From the NCBI GenBank assembly GCA_963836235.1, contig CAWIIP010000002.1:640001-704000 (forward strand): a DNA stretch of 64,000 nt, read 5' to 3'. Shown here in pieces: positions 51,746 to 61,569 of the stretch. Below the pieces are notes generated by a model, which worked only from the letters and a program-made list of their open reading frames with translations, made no database searches and was not told the origin of the DNA. Position numbers and translations under genes: made by a program. Source of the stretch: an uncultured Pseudomonadota bacterium (GTDB taxonomy: Bacteria; Oederibacteriota; Muellerivitia; Muellerivitales; Muellerivitaceae). Numbering within the stretch: position 1 is the stretch's first letter; every line of letters starts with the position of its first letter.

Positions 51746-52510
51746 TTAATCCACCTTGGTTCCATAAAGAGTCAGCATTTCCTCAAGCGTATTGCCGTCA
51801 ATTTCCGGCGTGATTTTCCCCGCCATGGCAAAAGCGATCGTATGGTTTTCTTCCGAAACGACGATGGCCAAAGCATCCGTCTCCTCCGTAATTCCGACTG
51901 CCGCGCGATGCCGGGTGCCATAGGATTTACTGAGGTTGAGATTCTGGCTTAAGGGCAGGATGCATCCCGCCGCCGCGATTTTTCCCCCGCGGATGATGAC
52001 GGCCCCGTCATGGAGGGGCGAATGGGGCACAAAAAGCGTGACCAACAGTTCGGCGGTGACATCAGCCTCAATTTTGGTACCGGATTCAAAAACACTTTGA
52101 AGGCTGTCATCTCGCTCAATGACAATGAGAGCCCCCCGACGGGTCTTGACCAGATCCCTAACTGCGGTGGTAATTTCCTTAAAAAGGGCCGCCTCACCCT
52201 GAAAAACACCACCCCAGAAACCTCCCCGCCCGATTTGAGTAATGATGCGGCGCAGGTCCGGTTGGAAAACCACCACGAAGGAAATGACGACAAAAGGGCC
52301 GACATTGCTCAAAAGCCAGTCCAGCGTTAAAAGGTGGAACTGGCTGGCGATGGCTGCCGCCATGAATAAAATCCCGAACCCGACTACGATGCGGGTGGCA
52401 TGAACCTCACGAATTAAGAGCAAAAGCTGATAAATCACGAAGGAAACAACCACGATATCCAAGGCGTCAACCAACCGAAAATTGGCAAAGAGGGCGATCA
52501 GGATATTCAT
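51746..52510 (-). CDS. cdaA: Diadenylate cyclase CdaA
   Basis: 3 TM, VFQPDLRR, PLHDGA, GTRHRAA, VSEE. Confidence 0.95.
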   Translation of the reverse strand: MNILIALFANFRLVDALDIVVVSFVIYQLLLLIREVHATRIVVGFGILFMAAAIASQFHLLTLDWLLSNVGPFVVISFVVVFQPDLRRIITQIGRGGFWGGVFQGEAALFKEITTAVRDLVKTRRGALIVIERDDSLQSVFESGTKIEADVTAELLVTLFVPHSPLHDGAVIIRGGKIAAAGCILPLSQNLNLSKSYGTRHRAAVGITEETDALAIVVSEENHTIAFAMAGKITPEIDGNTLEEMLTLYGTKVD

Positions 52511-53679
52511 GGTCTGGACAATCCCCGGTCATAACGAATGGCGTCAGCTATTTTTACCACACGGCTCATGCTTTGAACATCATGAACTCGGACAAAATCG
52601 GCCCCCTTGAGAATGGACGCGGTAACTACGGCTCCCGTGGCTTCCACTCTTTCCTCGGGTGGAGCTCCCCCCAACAAGAATCCCAAAGTAGATTTACGGG
52701 AAGGGCCTGTCACGATAGGCCGGCCTAAAATTTTGAATTCCCAAATGCGCCGTGTAAGTTCCATGTTATGCCAAGGAGTCTTGCCAAAACCAAACCCTGG
52801 GTCGATCAGGAGTCGGTCCTCGGAAATACCACATCTAATGGCGTAAGCGATTCGGTCCCTAAAAAAAGCCAACACGTCACCCACCACATCTTGATAAATG
52901 GGATTCTTTTGCATAGTTCTGGGTTTTCCCAGCATGTGCATCAAGACCACAGGTACTTTTAAGCGTGCCACCAAATTTCCCATCAAAGGATCAAGCCTTA
53001 AGGCGCCGATATCGTTGATCATTTGCGCGCCCTCACCTACCGCCGCCCGAGCCACCTCGGATTTATAGGTGTCCACCGATACCGGTATCCGCAATGCTTT
53101 GGCGCAGGCTTTAAGGACCGGCAGGATTCGCTTTTTTTCCTCCGAAACCGATACCGATTTAGCCCCAGGGCGAGTGGATTCCCCTCCGATATCCACCCAA
53201 TCGGCCCCTTCTGTTTGCATTCGCAATGCTCTTTCTGCGGCTAGAATCGGATCAACATAACGGCCACCATCCGAAAAGGAATCAGGCGTAATATTAAGGA
53301 CTCCCATGATTTGGGTTTTACGGTCCCCTCTGAATCTTCGATTTCCGTGTCCTTTCAATTCCCATAAATTTTCAGATCCATAGGATTTGAAAGCCAAATC
53401 AATCTGACGAGACAACACCGGAAAATCCTTGAGTATTTTGGAAATGGTCGGGACATTGGACAATTGACAAGTCCAAATCACGTCGAAAGTTGAATTTTTT
53501 TTGAATTGGATATGCCCAATGAAAGGTAAAAAAGAGACCTTTTGTGCGAACTTGATGGCCGAAGATTTTGAGGAAAATTCAGCCGCACAAATAACTTCAA
53601 AGGACAAAGCGGAAAAAAGTGAGAACTCGAATGGATCAGGATGAAGAATTCGAAAAGAAACCCCGCCCAAGCGCGGCAT
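52507..53679 (-). CDS. folP: Dihydropteroate synthase with N-terminal extension
   Basis: MGVLNITPDSFSDGG, GGESTRPG, DPGFGFGK, SRKS, RVHDV. Confidence 0.94.
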   Translation of the reverse strand: MPRLGGVSFRILHPDPFEFSLFSALSFEVICAAEFSSKSSAIKFAQKVSFLPFIGHIQFKKNSTFDVIWTCQLSNVPTISKILKDFPVLSRQIDLAFKSYGSENLWELKGHGNRRFRGDRKTQIMGVLNITPDSFSDGGRYVDPILAAERALRMQTEGADWVDIGGESTRPGAKSVSVSEEKKRILPVLKACAKALRIPVSVDTYKSEVARAAVGEGAQMINDIGALRLDPLMGNLVARLKVPVVLMHMLGKPRTMQKNPIYQDVVGDVLAFFRDRIAYAIRCGISEDRLLIDPGFGFGKTPWHNMELTRRIWEFKILGRPIVTGPSRKSTLGFLLGGAPPEERVEATGAVVTASILKGADFVRVHDVQSMSRVVKIADAIRYDRGLSRP

Positions 53680-53683
53680 AAGC

Positions 53684-54253
53684 CTACTTCCCTATCAGTT
53701 GAAGGGCTTCCTTGCGAGTGATTTCGTTTTTTTGGAAAACACCTCGGACAGCGGAAGTGGTCATGCTGGAACCCGGCTTTTTGACGCCCCGCATGGTCAT
53801 GCAAAGATGCTCGGCTTCCACAATAACGAAAACTCCATGAGGCTTCAGTACCTTCATCAGGGTATCGGCGATTTGGGTAGTGATTCGCTCCTGGAGCTGG
53901 GGACGACGGGAGACTACCTCTACAACTCGGGCCAATTTGGAGAGCCCGGCCAATCGGTCCTTTCGGGGAATATAAGCCACGTGAGCCCTACCATTAAAGG
54001 GAAGCAAGTGGTGCTCGCACATTGAGTAAAAAGGAATATCCCGAAGAATGACCATTTCTTCGTGGCCTTCGGTTTCGAAGACGGTAATGATCTCCTTCGG
54101 ATCCATCGCCAACCCCGCAAAAACCTCTTCGTACATCTTGGCCACCCTCTTGGGGGTGTCTTTCAATCCCTCCCGATGGGGATTTTCACCAATAGCGATC
54201 AAGATTTCCCGGACGGCCTTCTCGATTCTGGCTTTATCCAATCCGTCCCCCAC
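53684..54253 (-). CDS. folE: GTP cyclohydrolase I
   Basis: [34 protein letters not shown]. Confidence 0.97.
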   Translation of the reverse strand: MGDGLDKARIEKAVREILIAIGENPHREGLKDTPKRVAKMYEEVFAGLAMDPKEIITVFETEGHEEMVILRDIPFYSMCEHHLLPFNGRAHVAYIPRKDRLAGLSKLARVVEVVSRRPQLQERITTQIADTLMKVLKPHGVFVIVEAEHLCMTMRGVKKPGSSMTTSAVRGVFQKNEITRKEALQLIGK

Positions 54254-56180
54254 CCTGAATGGCCTGGGAGGGAGCGGTTTGAGGCTTTAATACCACATTG
54301 GGTGTTACCGGCGCCGGATTGGAAGGGGTGGGAGGAATCGTCGAATCCTTGGAAGGTGGTTTAGGCGCAATCTTCCTTCCCGCTAAAATATTATCCACAT
54401 CCGTGCTATCGAGAATTTCCCGCTCCAAGAGAGCTTCCGCCATGATTTTAAGGAATTTACGGTTCTTTTTGAGAATTTCCATAGCTTTCTTATGGCAGTC
54501 TTCCACAATGCGTTTTACCTCGGCATCGATCGTTTGAGCCGTTTGTTCGGAGTAGCTTTTTTCCTTCATCATGTCGCGACCGATGAAGACCATGTCGTCT
54601 TTCTTACCCAAGGTAATGGATCCTAATTTCTCGCTCATGCCATATTCACAAATCATGGCCCGAGCGATTTCGGTAGCCCGGTTCAAATCGTCCCCGGCCC
54701 CGGTCGTGACATCACCGAAGGTCAATTCCTCGGCGGTACGTCCACCCAAAAGGGCAGTTATGCGATGCAAGAGCTCAGTTTTTGAGGCTAGAAAACGCTC
54801 CTCGTTTGGAAGATACCAGGTAGCGCCCAAGGCTGCGTGCCCCCGGGGAATAATGGAAACCTTATGGACCGAATGAGACTTGTCGACCATTTTTCCCACA
54901 ATAGTGTGGCCTGACTCGTGATAAGCCACAATTTTCTTTTCCTCATCCGAAATGACACGGGTTCGTCGTTCCGGACCTGCCATGACCCTATCGATAGCTT
55001 CTTCCAGTTCTGGCATTTCAACGGCCTTTTTATTTCGGCGAGCGGCCAACAGCGCCGCTTCGTTGATAAGGTTTGCCAAGTCCGCGCCCGAAAAACCTGG
55101 AGTGCGCCGGGCGATCACCCCTAAATCCACTCCATCGATTAACTTCACATTTTTCGCGTGAACGCGGAGAATAGCTTCTCTTCCGGCCAAATCGGGGCGA
55201 TCCACTACTACTTGCCGATCAAATCGACCGGGGCGCAGCAAAGCTGGGTCCAGGACATCCATTCGATTCGTCGCAGCGATCAAAATAACTCCGGTATTGG
55301 TGTTGAAACCATCCATTTCTACCAGCATGGCATTTAAAGTTTGTTCCCGTTCATCGTGGCCCCCGCCTAGCCCAGCTCCCCTTTGGCGACCGACCGCGTC
55401 GATTTCGTCGATAAAGATAATGCAAGGAGCGTGTTTTTTGCCTTGTTCAAACAAGTCACGAACCCGGGCCGCGCCAACCCCAACGAACATTTCCACAAAA
55501 TCAGAACCCGAAATCGAGAAGAAAGGCACGCCCGCCTCGCCCGCTACCGCTTTAGCCAAAAGAGTTTTCCCGGTTCCCGGAGGGCCTAATAGGATGACAC
55601 CCTTAGGAATTTTTCCACCAAGCTGTTGATATTTTTTAGGGTCCTTCAGAAAGTCAACCACTTCCATTAACTCGGTCTTAGCTTCGTCCACGCCAGCCAC
55701 ATCCGCGAAAGTCACTTTTTGCTGGCCGGATGTCATCAAGCGAGCACGACTTTTTCCAAAAGCCAATGCTCCGCCGCTACCCGACTGGGCTTGGCGCATC
55801 ATGAAAACAAACCACCCAATGATCAGAAGGTAAGGTGCTAGGTTTAATACAATAGTCCAGAACATTCCTAACCGCATGGGTGACTCGACTTTTACCTGTA
55901 CATTTTTATCTAAAAGCATTTTGACCAAATTTGGATCGTCTGGTTCGAAGACTTTAAATTCCGTCTTGTCCTTTGTGATCCCGCTGATCAAATGGTCTTC
56001 GGAATGGATAGTCACGGACTGGGTGTCACCGGATTGGACCGAAGCCACAAATTGAGAATAATCCCATTCGTTTTGGGATTTTGTTTTGTTCGTTTGTTGA
56101 ATGAAATACATAACGACGACAAAGGCCAACAACCATCCGGCAATAATTTTAAAGGTCTGGTTCAAAGAAGCACTCCTCAC
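54234..56180 (-). CDS. ftsH: ATP-dependent zinc metalloprotease FtsH
   Basis: [30 protein letters not shown]. Confidence 0.98.
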   Translation of the reverse strand: MRSASLNQTFKIIAGWLLAFVVVMYFIQQTNKTKSQNEWDYSQFVASVQSGDTQSVTIHSEDHLISGITKDKTEFKVFEPDDPNLVKMLLDKNVQVKVESPMRLGMFWTIVLNLAPYLLIIGWFVFMMRQAQSGSGGALAFGKSRARLMTSGQQKVTFADVAGVDEAKTELMEVVDFLKDPKKYQQLGGKIPKGVILLGPPGTGKTLLAKAVAGEAGVPFFSISGSDFVEMFVGVGAARVRDLFEQGKKHAPCIIFIDEIDAVGRQRGAGLGGGHDEREQTLNAMLVEMDGFNTNTGVILIAATNRMDVLDPALLRPGRFDRQVVVDRPDLAGREAILRVHAKNVKLIDGVDLGVIARRTPGFSGADLANLINEAALLAARRNKKAVEMPELEEAIDRVMAGPERRTRVISDEEKKIVAYHESGHTIVGKMVDKSHSVHKVSIIPRGHAALGATWYLPNEERFLASKTELLHRITALLGGRTAEELTFGDVTTGAGDDLNRATEIARAMICEYGMSEKLGSITLGKKDDMVFIGRDMMKEKSYSEQTAQTIDAEVKRIVEDCHKKAMEILKKNRKFLKIMAEALLEREILDSTDVDNILAGRKIAPKPPSKDSTIPPTPSNPAPVTPNVVLKPQTAPSQAIQGGGRIG

Positions 56181-56362
56181 ATGAAAGTAACCGCGGAAAC
56201 GTCAGGTTCAAGCTAGGAACATATCCTTAAAGAAGCAAGGAACCGTATCATAACTGAGCCTCTTTTCGATTTGCAAGCAACGGGGAAAGGGTGCCACCGA
56301 AATATCGAATGTTCAAGGCTCCGCCCCAAAAGTATCCGCGCTTACTCCAGGGAAACCGGCCT

Positions 56363-57367
56363 TTATCCGCTCGCCAATCGCAAAAAAGCCTTGTTTCCAC
56401 TCTTTCCAGCGACTAACCCGAATCCTAGATCCCTTGGACCCTTTTCCTTTCCTTCCCACAACCGAATAACTTCCTCAATCCGATCAAAGGAAAATCCACG
56501 TGCATTGGCATTCAATTGCTCGCTAACAAAGCGGACCCATCTCCTCTGGAGGGCCAAAGGCGTTCTTTGGAAACTTTCGGCCCGGCAGGAATAAACCCCA
56601 CGCACCCAACGGCTTTTCACTTTCCGTTCAACTAAAACCAAAAAACCTTCCAAAACCTGATCTTCCGCGGAAGTGATCTCCCCTACTCGGGCCAGCGTTT
56701 GCGTAAGATTACTGTTCCAACGGGAGAGGAAAGGAAGAATCTCGTGACGAATTTGATTTCGGCGATAATCAGTTTTGCGGTTGGTTTTGTCCTCTCGCCA
56801 TTCGACGCCATTTTCTTTTAAATAATCTCGAATCTGTTCTTTCGAAAAGGATAAAAGAGGCCGCCAGACTTTCAAAGATCGGTTATTTTCAGAAAATTTT
56901 AACACTTGAACAGGCCTTAGACCCGAGAGACCCCGAGATCCTGCTCCCCTGAGTAACCTGTCCAAAACTGTTTCGGCTTGGTCTTCCTGGTGATGGGCCA
57001 CCGCCACACCCCAAGCGCCTTCCCTTTCAGCCAATTTTTGAAAAAAGGAATAACGAATTTCACGAGCCAAATCTTGAAGCGATTTTTTTTCGTTTTTCGT
57101 CCTTATTTTCAATCTTTTCACCCGCAACCATCGAAACGGAATGTTTTCTTTTAGACATAACTGTCTTACCTTTTCTTTATCCAAAAAGGAGTCCCGGCCC
57201 CTTAATCCGTAGTTAACATGGGCCACTACCAAGTGCCGTGCTGCCTGCGGCCATTGTTCTTTCAATAAAACCAGCAGGCCCAAAGAATCAGCGCCACCGG
57301 AAACACCTACGATAAGCCGGTTTCTTTTGGAAAAAGGAAAAGACGGCAACATCAAATGGGTTGGCAT
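56363..57367 (-). CDS. tilS: tRNA(Ile2) lysidine synthetase (short form, 334 aa)
   Basis: SGGADS, HVNYGLRG, AREIRY, AHHQEDQAET, RPLL, RNQIR. Confidence 0.95.
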   Translation of the reverse strand: MPTHLMLPSFPFSKRNRLIVGVSGGADSLGLLVLLKEQWPQAARHLVVAHVNYGLRGRDSFLDKEKVRQLCLKENIPFRWLRVKRLKIRTKNEKKSLQDLAREIRYSFFQKLAEREGAWGVAVAHHQEDQAETVLDRLLRGAGSRGLSGLRPVQVLKFSENNRSLKVWRPLLSFSKEQIRDYLKENGVEWREDKTNRKTDYRRNQIRHEILPFLSRWNSNLTQTLARVGEITSAEDQVLEGFLVLVERKVKSRWVRGVYSCRAESFQRTPLALQRRWVRFVSEQLNANARGFSFDRIEEVIRLWEGKEKGPRDLGFGLVAGKSGNKAFLRLASG

Positions 57368-57396
57368 GATGGACCTTCTTGGGATGGGTTTAAATA

Positions 57397-57473
57397 TGGT
57401 AGCGGGGGAGAGACTCGAACTCTCGACCTACGGATTATGAAACCGTTGCTCTGACCAACTGAGCTACCCCGCC
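57397..57473 (-). tRNA. tRNA with CAU anticodon, most likely elongator tRNA-Met
   Basis: GGCGGGGTAGCTCAGTTGGTCAGAGCAACGGTTTCATAATCCGTAGGTCGAGAGTTCGAGTCTCTCCCCCGCTACCA; cloverleaf with encoded CCA; G1-U72 and C3-G70; lacks initiator features. Confidence 0.93.
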
Positions 57474-57586
57474 ATCCGGTGGGTTTGCCCTTCCCATCTT
57501 CCCTGAAAAGACGGAAAACCCGGATGGGCAAACAAAAATTGGACCGTTAGCTCGTCCTGCGAATTTTTGGAAGAGCCGGGTCAGTG

Positions 57587-57615
57587 AATATGCCAATCTT
57601 CCGGTTTGTTGTCAA
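57587..57615 (-). promoter_or_regulatory. Putative sigma70 promoter for tRNA-tilS
   Basis: TTGACA (57615-57610) - 17 nt - CATATT (57592-57587). Confidence 0.55.
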
Positions 57616-57631
57616 TTGTCTTAAAGGAAGG

Positions 57632-58066
57632 TTACTTGTTCTTTTCTTTGCGTTCGTAATAAGATTTTTTTAATTCTTGGGCGATAACCGGATTTTTCAT
57701 CAATATTTTATCAAAATCGTAGCGTTGAAGGATAAAGAGTTCGGTGACTTCCTCCGCCACGACCGTGGCATTACGGGGCTCGTTTGAAATAAGCGCCATT
57801 TCGCCAAAAAATTCATCAACGCCAAGAGTAGCCACTTGAGATTTTCGAAATCCCTTTTTCATCCAAATCGAAACTTTTCCGGAAGCGATCAAATAAAAAG
57901 CGTCTCCCGGATCACCTTGCTTAATAATTTCATAACCCTTTTGAACTCGTATCATCCGAAGATGACCGATTAATTCGTCCAGTTCATTTAATTTCAAGGA
58001 TTGGAAAAAATAGGTATTTTGTAAAACGTGTCGAAGACGGCTAAAAATAGATGCGGTATCAGTCAT
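57632..58066 (-). CDS. Stand-alone cyclic-nucleotide-binding domain protein
   Basis: IIKQGDPGDAFYLIASGKV, FFGEMALISNEPRNATV phosphate-binding cassette; no HTH. Confidence 0.92.
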   Translation of the reverse strand: MTDTASIFSRLRHVLQNTYFFQSLKLNELDELIGHLRMIRVQKGYEIIKQGDPGDAFYLIASGKVSIWMKKGFRKSQVATLGVDEFFGEMALISNEPRNATVVAEEVTELFILQRYDFDKILMKNPVIAQELKKSYYERKEKNK

Positions 58067-58217
58067 GGTCTTCTCCGTATTACAAAATCATTGATAATCA
58101 CGGAAGAAATTATATATCCGAAGAGGTTCCATTCAAAGGGGGAAAAGCTAAACAGATATTAGGGCCGAGCAAATACCAGTATTTTGCGAATCGTAACCAA
58201 AGAGCACGAGTTCGCTC

Positions 58218-59096
58218 TCAACCAAATACCAAACCTTTGTCGTTCAAATTTTTCAGAACGGCTTGAACGATTCGACTTTTGTTCAAAACATAAAAATGAA
58301 TGCCGGGAGCGCCGTTTCTTAAAAGTTCTTCGCATTGACGAGTAGCATATTCAATCCCGAATTGAATTACTTTTTCCTTATCGCCCTTGATCAATTCCAA
58401 ATATTTCACGATATCTTCGGGTAGTTTCGCGCCACAAAGATTACAGATTCTTTGGGTTTGCGCATAATCGGTTAAAAGCCAGATACCAGGTTGAATGGGG
58501 AGATTAATATCCATTTTCCTGAGACGCTCTACATATTTAAAGTAGTCCCGATTATCAAAATATAACTGAGTAATGATATATTGACCGCCAGCGTCGATTT
58601 TTCGTTTAAGATTTTCAATATCCGCTTCTAGGCTTTTCGCTTCTAAATGGCCCTCGGGGTAACCCGCAATCCCCAAACAAAAATCATAACCTTCAGATCT
58701 GATAAACTCGATGAGTTCATTGGCATAACGAAAACCATCAGGCGCGGGAACGAAGGAAGTCTCACCACGGGGAGGATCGCCCCGCAAAGCCAGTATATTT
58801 TCAATTCCGGCAGACTTTACCTGATCGAGTAAATCCTTAATTTCAAATCGCGAATGCCCGACGCAGGTGAAATGCATTAGAGGCAAAGCTCCAACTTCTT
58901 TCAACCTGACAGCAATTCCATAGGTCATATCCCGCGAAGACCCCCCCGCGCCATAAGTGATCGAAATATAATCCGGTTTTAATTCCTGTAATTCTTCGAC
59001 CGTTCGAAAAAGTCCATCGATATTTCCATCACGGGGAGCGGAAAGCTCGAAGGACAAAACTCTTTTTTTTTCGTCGAATAAATTTCGAATTTTCAT
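58218..59096 (-). CDS. metF: 5,10-methylenetetrahydrofolate reductase
   Basis: SFE, SITYGAGG, HFTC, LALRGDPP, GYPEGH, ITQLYFD, HFYVLN; ATG 59096 overlaps upstream TGA. Confidence 0.95.
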   Translation of the reverse strand: MKIRNLFDEKKRVLSFELSAPRDGNIDGLFRTVEELQELKPDYISITYGAGGSSRDMTYGIAVRLKEVGALPLMHFTCVGHSRFEIKDLLDQVKSAGIENILALRGDPPRGETSFVPAPDGFRYANELIEFIRSEGYDFCLGIAGYPEGHLEAKSLEADIENLKRKIDAGGQYIITQLYFDNRDYFKYVERLRKMDINLPIQPGIWLLTDYAQTQRICNLCGAKLPEDIVKYLELIKGDKEKVIQFGIEYATRQCEELLRNGAPGIHFYVLNKSRIVQAVLKNLNDKGLVFG

Positions 59097-61429
59097 GGCA
59101 AAACTCTCATCTGAAATGATGAAGCTTTTATCAAACAGAATAAGACCACACCCAAATACAAAATACAAGAAAGAATGGAAACCCATTTACCAATCTCAAA
59201 TGCGGTTGGCCGATACTCCAGGATAAAATGATGCGCCCCTGCGCTAAGTGGAATGGCCCGTAAGAAGTAGTCCCCGGGAATGACGCGATAATCAGACTGG
59301 CCGCTTCCCGGAAGACCCACGGCCTTCCATCCGGAGCTATAATTGTCCGTGACCAATAATAAGGTCGGACCATTGGTTCGGACTCGCACTTCAATTTCAT
59401 CCGTAGAAAGATCTTTCCACTCCACCTTTCCTACCGCCCCCCCGTCCTGAACAGAAATAGGTTCCGGAGCAGTCTCTAAAAAAACTTTCCGGGTCGGATC
59501 AAAGGTAGGAATGAACATGGCATTCAATATTTTTTGCCCATCCGGAATTACTTCCCAATGATTCACAAGTTGCATACGTGGCAACGCCTTGAAGTTAAAC
59601 GGATAAATTCGAATAGGATTTTCATTCATTAATAACCGGTATTTGAGCCGCGTAATTCCCAATATGGGTGGAAATTTTTGAAAAATCGGCAAAATGGAAA
59701 ATAATTGATTTTCTGATAAACCTTGGCTTTTACAAACAAATCGACCATAACGTCCCAAAACCATCGGCTCATCTTCCCAAATATCGTCACCATCCGTAAC
59801 TAAAGAAGCGCTACCAGTTCCATATACTCGGTAATCCCCTGGATTTTTTGAATAAAAATCGCGAAGTACGCCGAACTGATATTGAAGCTTAGACAATTCA
59901 AACGTAGGTCGGTTGAGTCGAGCAAAGAAAAACAGTTCGATGATGGCCAAGGCTGCGATTGCGTAAATGCATTTCGGAATTAGTTTTTGAATTGTCAACA
60001 AAATTGCCAATAAAGTACAAGTTAATCCACCTACAAGCAGACTAAAAGCTGCGTGGAGGCCAGATTCTTCGGCATACTGGACTTTTACAGAAAAATTTAA
60101 TGAGTGAAGTGTATTCTTTAACCAGTGAACATTACAAAACCATTTTCCCCAATCACCACTTAAGCCCCCTTTAACCGAATTTAGGATTAAAAATTCCATT
60201 ACTAGAACAATAAATCCGAACACAATAACGATGAAGACTAGCCACCTTAATTTGCTTTTCGCCTTAATCAAATGATCTAAACCAATTCCAGCCAATAGCG
60301 CCAGGAACAAACTAACCAAAAAATCGAATTTACAGATACCGCGTAACCCTTTAAACCCCGGAAAAAAGTCATAAAAATACTTAAAAAGTGGGGTAAAAGC
60401 TCCTAAAGAAAAAATAAAGGCAATAACCGTTATCATCAAAATCCATCGTCTTTTTTGAGAATTGGACGAGAAGACCGCTAAAAGGACCAAGAAAAAAGCT
60501 GTTGTTCCAATGAATAAAGAAACTTCCCATAAAAACCAGCGGCCCCAATAATGCACCGCTACTAGGTTTCCAAAAAACTCAGGAAAAACAAGAGTCAACA
60601 AATTTTCAGGAGGAAAAGAAAAAGAACTCGCCGTATTGTATTCAAAAGAAATATTCCGAGCGCATTCCGAAATCGCTTCAAGTCCGGTCCACAATTGTGC
60701 TGCAGTTATTAAGGAAGCTCCGACATACAGGATGGAGAAACTTATTAAAATTTGAAGCTTGGCTTTTTTCCCTTTTAAATTTAAAAGAACATAAATGAGC
60801 GAAATGATCGCAGTAAAATACACATACTGGGGATGTCCCGCTAAGATTTGCATCGAAATTGTAAAAATACCAAGGAGAATCCAATTTATGGAATTTTTTT
60901 TTATTAACCCATCAATGGACAAAAATAGAAGTGGCGCCCACACCATCGTGCACAAATTTGGCAAATGGCCAGCATACAAGTGTAGGAAGTAAGCCCCACC
61001 AAACATAAAAACGGTGCCCGCCACAAAACTGGAAAGGAAATGAAGGCCCCGATAATTGGCCCATAAGTAGGTAAAGAATCCAGCTAAAAAAACATGAAGA
61101 ATAATTCCTAAATTAATGGCAAACGCCAAGGGAAAAGCAAGATAAAGCCAATTTGGCGGGTATAAAAGAGCCGACTCGAAATTACCCAAAAATGGGGTGC
61201 CACAAAGATAGTGAGGATTCCACAAAGCAAGATGGCCATTATGAAGTTGATCAAAAGCGAATTGGCGCCAAGCCACAAAATGGAGGAATAGATCGGCTTG
61301 CGAGCTTGATAATACTAAATGACTTCCGCTCCTTAGAAGATCACCAAAAAGGAGCAAATTTAAAAGGCAAAAACCGCTTGCTCCCAAAAGAAAGCTAGAA
61401 CGATAAAAGACTACTTTTGTTAAACCCAT
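59093..61429 (-). CDS. YfhO-family multi-pass membrane protein (GT-C-like)
   Basis: LWNPHYLCGTPF, LYPPN, LAGHPQ, DNYSSGWKA, AGAHHFILEYRP plus terminal TM. Confidence 0.85.
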   Translation of the reverse strand: MGLTKVVFYRSSFLLGASGFCLLNLLLFGDLLRSGSHLVLSSSQADLFLHFVAWRQFAFDQLHNGHLALWNPHYLCGTPFLGNFESALLYPPNWLYLAFPLAFAINLGIILHVFLAGFFTYLWANYRGLHFLSSFVAGTVFMFGGAYFLHLYAGHLPNLCTMVWAPLLFLSIDGLIKKNSINWILLGIFTISMQILAGHPQYVYFTAIISLIYVLLNLKGKKAKLQILISFSILYVGASLITAAQLWTGLEAISECARNISFEYNTASSFSFPPENLLTLVFPEFFGNLVAVHYWGRWFLWEVSLFIGTTAFFLVLLAVFSSNSQKRRWILMITVIAFIFSLGAFTPLFKYFYDFFPGFKGLRGICKFDFLVSLFLALLAGIGLDHLIKAKSKLRWLVFIVIVFGFIVLVMEFLILNSVKGGLSGDWGKWFCNVHWLKNTLHSLNFSVKVQYAEESGLHAAFSLLVGGLTCTLLAILLTIQKLIPKCIYAIAALAIIELFFFARLNRPTFELSKLQYQFGVLRDFYSKNPGDYRVYGTGSASLVTDGDDIWEDEPMVLGRYGRFVCKSQGLSENQLFSILPIFQKFPPILGITRLKYRLLMNENPIRIYPFNFKALPRMQLVNHWEVIPDGQKILNAMFIPTFDPTRKVFLETAPEPISVQDGGAVGKVEWKDLSTDEIEVRVRTNGPTLLLVTDNYSSGWKAVGLPGSGQSDYRVIPGDYFLRAIPLSAGAHHFILEYRPTAFEIGKWVSILSCILYLGVVLFCLIKASSFQMRVLP

Positions 61430-61569
61430 AAAGTCATGGAATCAAATGATAAGCAAGGCGTCAACTCATTTTTGTTAAAAGGAACTTTTTTCTGAACTCA
61501 TAACCAAATAAATTGTTTGGAATTGATTTTTTACAATAAGATTAAAGATAGTCCCGAGGGGGTTCTAAA

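Noticed and set aside
57540-57560. c-di-AMP (ydaO) riboswitch suggested by AGCTAAC
   Set aside because: The other conserved ydaO elements are absent
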